Virus record (IMG/VR): IMGVR_UViG_3300015261_000002
Span: 160,748 to 224,747 of that record
DNA: 64,000 bases
Direction: 5' to 3' (one strand)
The first letter of the stretch is position 1, and each line of letters begins with the position of its first letter. Shown here piece by piece: positions 58,868 through 64,000 of the stretch. The translations under genes were made by a program, and so were the position numbers. The notes beneath the pieces are model-generated. The model worked only from the letters and a program-made list of their open reading frames with translations. It ran no database searches and was not told where the DNA came from.

Positions 58868-59866
58868 TTACATCACGAAGCCTTTCGAATCTGCACCCTG
58901 CGAGATGTTCTTCGGCGCGACGTAGGTGGATGAAGTTTGGTTTTTACGATTCTCCATCGCCTCGATATGCGCTTCGAGTTCTTTCAGGGCTTCACCGTGG
59001 TCCAGGACCATGTGCAGCTCGGTAGCGTTGCTTGGCAGCTTGGTGCCAGCGGCGAACACACCGGTGGAACGGATCACAGTGCCGGAGAAACGGCCGACGA
59101 TTTCGTCGCTGCTCTGGAACAGGGACGATACAGCAACCGGAGTTTTGCCTTTGAACTCGGCCACGCCTTTTTCGTCGTAGAAACGAATGCGGGACATGGA
59201 CGGCGGAACACCGTAGTGCTTCGAGAAGTTCAGCAGGTTCTTCAGGTCGCTGTGGTCTTGCTCGCCGTTGGCGTTGGTCAGGAACAGGGAAGCGACGTCG
59301 AGCTTGTCGATGATCGCACGGTTCGCATCACCGCGGTTGATGTCCGGGGTGTTGTCGAATTCCATGTACGGAACGACGCGGTTCAGGGAGTCGGCGTTGG
59401 TCAGCGACGCGTACGAGCGATAGCTGTTGACGACGTTGATCTCTTCGACCTGCGAGGTCTTGTCGTTGATGAAGCACAGCACGACCAGTTGGTCTTGTTC
59501 CCAGAGCATGCGCGCCAGAACGAAGCCCAGCATGGAACCAGTACCACCGCCGGTGGAGCAGACGATGATGTTGAACGGACGCGGTTTGTGCTTGGCCAGC
59601 ACGCTCTTCAGGAACATTTCTGCCTGAGGATAGTTGGCCGCCCGGACCTTACCCGAACCCTGAGCTTTCTTTTCAGGATCGTCCGGCAGGGTCATTTGCT
59701 CGACCGGGAACAAATCGTTGGAGCTGTTGCGGTCGGAGGAGTCCATGCCGATCATGAAGGCATGCTTGTTGTTGTCGGTGTGGGTGCCGTTCTTCAGGGC
59801 CACGCCGATGTTGATACCGGTACCACCGCAGAGGAAATACGCCAGATCAGAAGTGTTTGCATTCAT
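58868..59866 (-). CDS. phuZ: PhuZ tubulin/FtsZ-family spindle protein
   Basis: G-box CGGTGINIG, tubulin signature TGGGTGS, GSGK, T7-loop N..D motif, 332 aa. Confidence 0.92.
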   Translation of the reverse strand: MNANTSDLAYFLCGGTGINIGVALKNGTHTDNNKHAFMIGMDSSDRNSSNDLFPVEQMTLPDDPEKKAQGSGKVRAANYPQAEMFLKSVLAKHKPRPFNIIVCSTGGGTGSMLGFVLARMLWEQDQLVVLCFINDKTSQVEEINVVNSYRSYASLTNADSLNRVVPYMEFDNTPDINRGDANRAIIDKLDVASLFLTNANGEQDHSDLKNLLNFSKHYGVPPSMSRIRFYDEKGVAEFKGKTPVAVSSLFQSSDEIVGRFSGTVIRSTGVFAAGTKLPSNATELHMVLDHGEALKELEAHIEAMENRKNQTSSTYVAPKNISQGADSKGFVM

Positions 59867-59931
59867 GTGAAATGTTCTCTTTGAGTTACCAGTTGGAAGA
59901 ATTCGTTAGACCATTGACGGTCAACACACAG

Positions 59932-59959
59932 ATGATGTAGGTCTGAAATCTTTTTACCC
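59932..59959 (-). promoter_or_regulatory. Candidate early promoter of phuZ
   Basis: GGGTAAAAAGATTTCAGACCTACATCAT. Confidence 0.6.
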
Positions 59960-60001
59960 GACTTCAGCCCATTACCTACATCCCCAAGAATTGTTCCCCA
60001 A

Positions 60002-60185
60002 GTGAAAAAGAACCCCTGTTGCAAATGAGTACTCGGCACACCCAAGCTAACTCGACAACAGGGGCTGTCCTCAGAAAAGACCTAACACTTGTGAGAAGTA
60101 CCCGCAAACCGAAGGACAGTAGGACCCACCTCCAATCCACGTCACCAAGAAAACCCAGCTACGAGAAAAACTGGATGACGTGTGC
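60002..60185 (-). ncRNA. Candidate structured small RNA A (~185 nt)
   Basis: Three consecutive helical domains (60138-60182, 60065-60119, 60013-60064) ending in TTCTTTTT; no credible ORF. Confidence 0.45.
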
Positions 60186-60214
60186 AAGTATAAAATATAT
60201 TTATCCGGTGAGAA

Positions 60215-60443
60215 AAAACAAAACGCGAAATAATCCCACCACACCCAGACCCCCCGAAGGAGAGCTGAGTGTGGTGGAAGTATCTTTGGCAGGTGGAGCT
60301 TTTCCCAGCGATGGAATGCCAGGACAGCCGATCGTTAATGGGGGACAATCGACTGTTGCGGGTAGTGGACTCCAAACTATTCCCGCGGATACGCCAGGGC
60401 TAACTATCTTCAAAGCAGGAGCAAACTCACGAGTTCACATAGC
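60215..60443 (-). ncRNA. Candidate structured small RNA B or structured 3-prime UTR (~225 nt)
   Basis: Stems 60358-60386 and 60324-60356, then a long cUUCGg terminator stem 60236-60277 with a T-rich tail. Confidence 0.4.
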
Positions 60444-60451
60444 ATAGAAAA

Positions 60452-61039
60452 TTACGACCCCTTGGTTTCTTCGAATGGCGCATCATCGACGACTGCGCCC
60501 AACGTGACGACCTCTGCCGCAGGACGCTTGGACGGTGTCTCAGGAACTGGTGGAACTTCGAATACCTGGAGATTACCCCCGCACTCGATGCACAGGTTGA
60601 TCGCCGCCTTGACACCTGCCCGGGCTGACTTGCCAATCGACATCACCGCTACTGCGTATTGCGCGCCGTCCCCAACGGCAACGTATCCGGTAGACGGGAT
60701 GATGTTCAGGATTGTGCGCTTGTCGGCTTTGGTCGACTCCGACGGAATAACCTGGTAAGCGACCCCATTTTCGCCAACCACGAGTGCGTCGAAGGTAGAG
60801 TCCAGAACCGTGGCGTCGGTGGAGTGGTCCATGCCGTCCCGCAGCATCTTCCGGAACTGCGGATAAACCACGGGAGTTGCAATCACTGCAAACGCTACCG
60901 CTTTGACACCACAGATCTCCCAGTACTCCCCTTCGTCTGGTGTGTAGATCTTGCGGAACTCGGTTGGGCTGATTTGACCGTCGGTATGGATCGCCGAATC
61001 GGTGACCAGAAGTTTACCGTCGAATGCTGCTACGGACAT
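60452..61039 (-). CDS. Ntn-hydrolase (HslV/proteasome-beta-like) paralog with degenerate active site
   Basis: MSVAAFDGKLLVTDS..., AVGDGAQYA, CIECGG; clearly paralogous to the upstream gene. Confidence 0.65.
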   Translation of the reverse strand: MSVAAFDGKLLVTDSAIHTDGQISPTEFRKIYTPDEGEYWEICGVKAVAFAVIATPVVYPQFRKMLRDGMDHSTDATVLDSTFDALVVGENGVAYQVIPSESTKADKRTILNIIPSTGYVAVGDGAQYAVAVMSIGKSARAGVKAAINLCIECGGNLQVFEVPPVPETPSKRPAAEVVTLGAVVDDAPFEETKGS

Positions 61040-61054
61040 GATGTGTTTTCCTGA

Positions 61055-61597
61055 TCAAGCGGGTGTAGGTTCGGCAACCACAGGTCGTACAGACTTGACG
61101 GCTGGTTTTGGTGGAACTTCGAAGATTTGCAACTCACCACCGGAGTACTTGTCGAGACGGCAAGCGGCACGTACAGCGGCTTCAGCGTTCTTGCCAATCG
61201 ACAGGACAGCCAAAGCGTAAGTCTTACCGCTACCCACTGCTGCGTGTGGACCCAGGAGCAGCAGGTCATGGTGCACTGGACGTCCCTGGCGTTTGTGGGT
61301 TTGCCAGTGATAACACTGTCCGTCTTCGGTGATGAGCAAAACACCGAAGGCTACTTCGTCCAGGTCGTCGATCTTGGTCGTGTGGGTAACCCCGCTCCGG
61401 AGTTTGTCCCTGACCGATTCGATCGCCTTACCGTCACCCGAGACCCCAAAAGCGATTACGCGGTTTCCCTGTACATCCCAATACTCACCCTCTTCGGGTT
61501 CAAAGATTTTCTTGACCCCACCTGGGATAACCATCGCACCACCGGTGGCCTGCGAATCACTTACCAACTTCTGCCCATCAAAACAAATCGTCGTCAT
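61055..61597 (-). CDS. Ntn-hydrolase threonine peptidase (HslV/proteasome-beta-like)
   Basis: N-terminal MTT nucleophile, SDSQ, KKI, AVGSG, DKYSGG. Confidence 0.75.
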   Translation of the reverse strand: MTTICFDGQKLVSDSQATGGAMVIPGGVKKIFEPEEGEYWDVQGNRVIAFGVSGDGKAIESVRDKLRSGVTHTTKIDDLDEVAFGVLLITEDGQCYHWQTHKRQGRPVHHDLLLLGPHAAVGSGKTYALAVLSIGKNAEAAVRAACRLDKYSGGELQIFEVPPKPAVKSVRPVVAEPTPA

Positions 61598-61660
61598 GTC
61601 TACTCCTCACGTTACTTCCAAATCGTTTTTCTAGAATATGGTCTCCTAGGTTACAAACTA

Positions 61661-61687
61661 GTAATTTAGGTTTGAAATCTTCCACCC
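61661..61687 (-). promoter_or_regulatory. Candidate early promoter of the Ntn-hydrolase pair
   Basis: GGGTGGAAGATTTCAAACCTAAATTAC. Confidence 0.55.
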
Positions 61688-61698
61688 ACTGTATACCT

Positions 61699-61940
61699 CG
61701 TGCGTGCGTACGCGTTTCTTTGCTTTTTAAAAGCTCTAAAAGCAATAAAGAATAATAAATATATAAATATATTTATAAGGTTCTTTAGCGCACGGAGCGC
61801 GTGCGCGCACACACGCGATAATGAAGGGAAATATTTTTCCTTGAAATTAGCCAATTGACAAAACAAAAAACTTACCAAAGTTTTCCGAAGGAACTGTGAA
61901 AAACAAAAATATACCCTTTACCCCCCGGCCGCGGCGGCCG
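61699..61940. other. AT-rich palindromic non-coding element flanked by GC alternating tracts
   Basis: 16-bp palindrome TATAAATATATTTATA (61762-61777) between cgtgcgtgcgtacgcg and gcgcgtgcgcgcacacacgcg; cggccg-cgg-cggccg at 61926-61940. Confidence 0.5.
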
Positions 61941-62222
61941 ATCTCAAATAGAATATATAGGTAAGATGATATTTAAATGGGTCTTTTTCTGAGAGGGTTT
62001 TATACACCCCCGATACCCATCTGACAATCGATTATAACCCACCTAGGAAGCGATCCTAGCAGGTTTCAGTATGCAAGGTACCCTACCGTACCAGTTTTAA
62101 AAACTTCGCTGTATACGGCGATTTTGGAAGGTCATCCCCTTTTGGATACTCGCGTCGAAAAGGGATGCTATGACCCCTTCTTAACCCAAATTATTTACAT
62201 CGCCTCCTAGGAGTGACACGTC

Positions 62223-63068
62223 ATGAATGCGGTGGACTATGCCATCAATCGGGTCACGAACTGTGACATCGACGACTACCTGCTTAAACTTGCTTTCGAG
62301 TCCCCAAACGGTAACTTCGCAGGCAACTGGTACAACCTCGTTAATCACACCACCGTGGAACAGGGTATCCGTGAAAAAGTCATCCATCGTACTGTGCTGC
62401 CAGCTTGCAATGCGAACGGTGGTAAGACCGAACTGATCGACCTCAGCGGCGCCCGTATTCGTGACCTCGGTAACGCTTGCATCGAAGTGAACGTACCCGA
62501 CATCGTCACCGGTGGCCGCAAGATCATTTCGGTGACCGAAGTCTACTTGGGTTCCATGACCTCGTCGACCGGTATGCTGGGGATGAGTACAAACACGAAC
62601 GACATGTGCGGTCAAGGTTCGATCACGGACATGACCGAGGCATTAATCGACAGCTTGAGTCCAAGCCGTCAGATGCCTGTGACGTACAACAACATCCACA
62701 TGACGGGCAATAACTGCTTTGTGATCTTTGGTTTGAACTCGGGTACTTACTCGATGTCGGCCAAGATGATCCTCGAGTTCGATGAAGGCTTGAGCAGTAT
62801 CTCGACACGGCAGCATGAACACTTTGCTCACCTCGTGGAACTGGCAGTTAAAGCGTATATCTATCGCACCTGCCGCCGGCCTACCCAGGAAGCGATCATC
62901 CGTAGCGGCGTCACCCTGAACGACATCAAGGATGACATCTTGGAATATCGGGATGCCTGGAAGGACTACCACGAATACCTCACGACTGAATGGACCAAGC
63001 GCATGGCCTACAGTGACCGTCAACGCGTGACCGATGCTGTGCGTCGTGCTATCCCAAGGAGAATGTAA
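62223..63068 (+). CDS. Putative virion structural protein (281 aa)
   Basis: AGGAG RBS; first gene of a rightward operon. Structural role inferred from phiKZ synteny. Confidence 0.5.
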   Translation: MNAVDYAINRVTNCDIDDYLLKLAFESPNGNFAGNWYNLVNHTTVEQGIREKVIHRTVLPACNANGGKTELIDLSGARIRDLGNACIEVNVPDIVTGGRKIISVTEVYLGSMTSSTGMLGMSTNTNDMCGQGSITDMTEALIDSLSPSRQMPVTYNNIHMTGNNCFVIFGLNSGTYSMSAKMILEFDEGLSSISTRQHEHFAHLVELAVKAYIYRTCRRPTQEAIIRSGVTLNDIKDDILEYRDAWKDYHEYLTTEWTKRMAYSDRQRVTDAVRRAIPRRM

Positions 63069-64000
63069 TGTTTTCTGATAACGGTCCGGCAACGTTGGAT
63101 TTCTCCCGCGTGCCCAAGCAATACAACCCCGGAGACCTCAGCAGTGATCGCGTTGCTGAAGCCGCCGAAAACGAATACTGGGAACGGCAGCGTTACTTGG
63201 GCGGTGAAGTCTTAAGCCTGTTTGAAGGGATGGAAGAACACTCCGCCCTTGCTCAAAGCGGCCTGTACCTCTATCCGATGGATGCTCATGAGATCCAATC
63301 GGTAACCGGTGCTGAAGCGTTGCTGCGGGATGTCAACTTCGACAGCAACCACGCCATCCTGGACATCTGCAACAAGTTCGGCGACTTTCTCGTTATCGAC
63401 GAGAAGTGGGCCAAGGCATTGCGTCGTTACGTCTATGCGTTTGTGACTCGCAGTGTCGGTGTGGTCAGTCACATGGAGTTCTTTGGTTCTCCGTACCTTG
63501 GACTGCACAAAATCACCTTCACGACGGCGGACCGTAACCAATGGTTCTCCGAGATCTTTGACGTGGATGAAGAGGAACTCAAAGAGAACCTCCACGCCGC
63601 CAAAGCCGTGAACAAGGAATGGAGTGTTGTGGGCGATACCTTCAACCTGACCATTCCATACCTGCTGTATCGGGTGAACAAGTCGAATCTGAGCAAGGAC
63701 ATCAAGCACCAGGCGATGATCGATATCCTGTCGATGTATCACTACAAGTGTTTGACCTCGATCATTCACAACGACTACCCCTTCATGGCCCGAAAGGAAG
63801 TCGTGATGGAAACCTACAACCGTCTGAGTCTGAAATACGACATCAAACGGTACGGTTCCTGGCGGGTTCTGATCGAAGCACGGGCTGAGTTCATCATCAA
63901 CCCGAAGACGGGTATCCACTACGACGCTTTCACCAAAATGGATGACGACAAGAAAATCGTCTACATGGTCGGCGATATCCAGAACCGGTTGCGTCGGGCA
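63068..64000 (+). CDS. Virion (head) protein, partial (runs off the window end)
   Basis: Not in the ORF track. ATG 63068 overlaps the TAA (TAATG) and the frame is open to the end (MFSDNGPATLDFSR...), with an SVTGAE-A site and FFGSPYLG. Confidence 0.65.
   Translation, partial: MFSDNGPATLDFSRVPKQYNPGDLSSDRVAEAAENEYWERQRYLGGEVLSLFEGMEEHSALAQSGLYLYPMDAHEIQSVTGAEALLRDVNFDSNHAILDICNKFGDFLVIDEKWAKALRRYVYAFVTRSVGVVSHMEFFGSPYLGLHKITFTTADRNQWFSEIFDVDEEELKENLHAAKAVNKEWSVVGDTFNLTIPYLLYRVNKSNLSKDIKHQAMIDILSMYHYKCLTSIIHNDYPFMARKEVVMETYNRLSLKYDIKRYGSWRVLIEARAEFIINPKTGIHYDAFTKMDDDKKIVYMVGDIQNRLRRA

Noticed and set aside
60019-60447. Track ORFs 60019..60447, 60142..60375 and 60201..60413
   Set aside because: No RBS and atypical composition. 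The region is better explained by RNA secondary structure.
27635-62172. GCTATG/TATG candidate late promoters (for example 27635-27640 and 62167-62172)
   Set aside because: Plausibly placed, but a 4-6 nt motif is too common to call without TSS data.
1-64000. tRNA genes, CRISPR arrays and stop-codon reassignment
   Set aside because: I recognised no cloverleaf or repeat-spacer pattern by eye. The genes translate as full length in the standard code.

Overview
This 64-kb window comes from a nucleus-forming, phiKZ-like jumbo bacteriophage (Chimalliviridae), read in reverse relative to the phiKZ gene order. From left to right it holds: a virion block (internal head protein paralogs with prohead-protease G-X-E sites, baseplate-like genes, a membrane zinc-metalloprotease-like gene); the N-terminal half of a split family-B DNA polymerase; a putative tail/baseplate chaperone pair joined by a likely -1 frameshift; a virion RNAP beta-prime subunit; an SF2 helicase carrying a class-3 intein; non-virion RNAP subunits; the phage-nucleus module (PicA-like, sigma-like, ChmC-like, chimallin ChmA); an SbcD-like nuclease; the second polymerase half; small hypothetical genes; the tubulin PhuZ; a highly structured non-coding region; two tandem Ntn-hydrolase (HslV-like) genes; an AT-rich palindromic divergent intergenic region; and two more virion genes. 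The strongest new leads are the T7-run -1 frameshift, two candidate structured ncRNAs upstream of phuZ, an 11-nt motif (TTATRGCTGCT) that follows many terminator hairpins, and a repeated early-promoter motif. Names based on phiKZ synteny are recalled from the literature and were not verified by search. No tRNA, rRNA or CRISPR array was seen.
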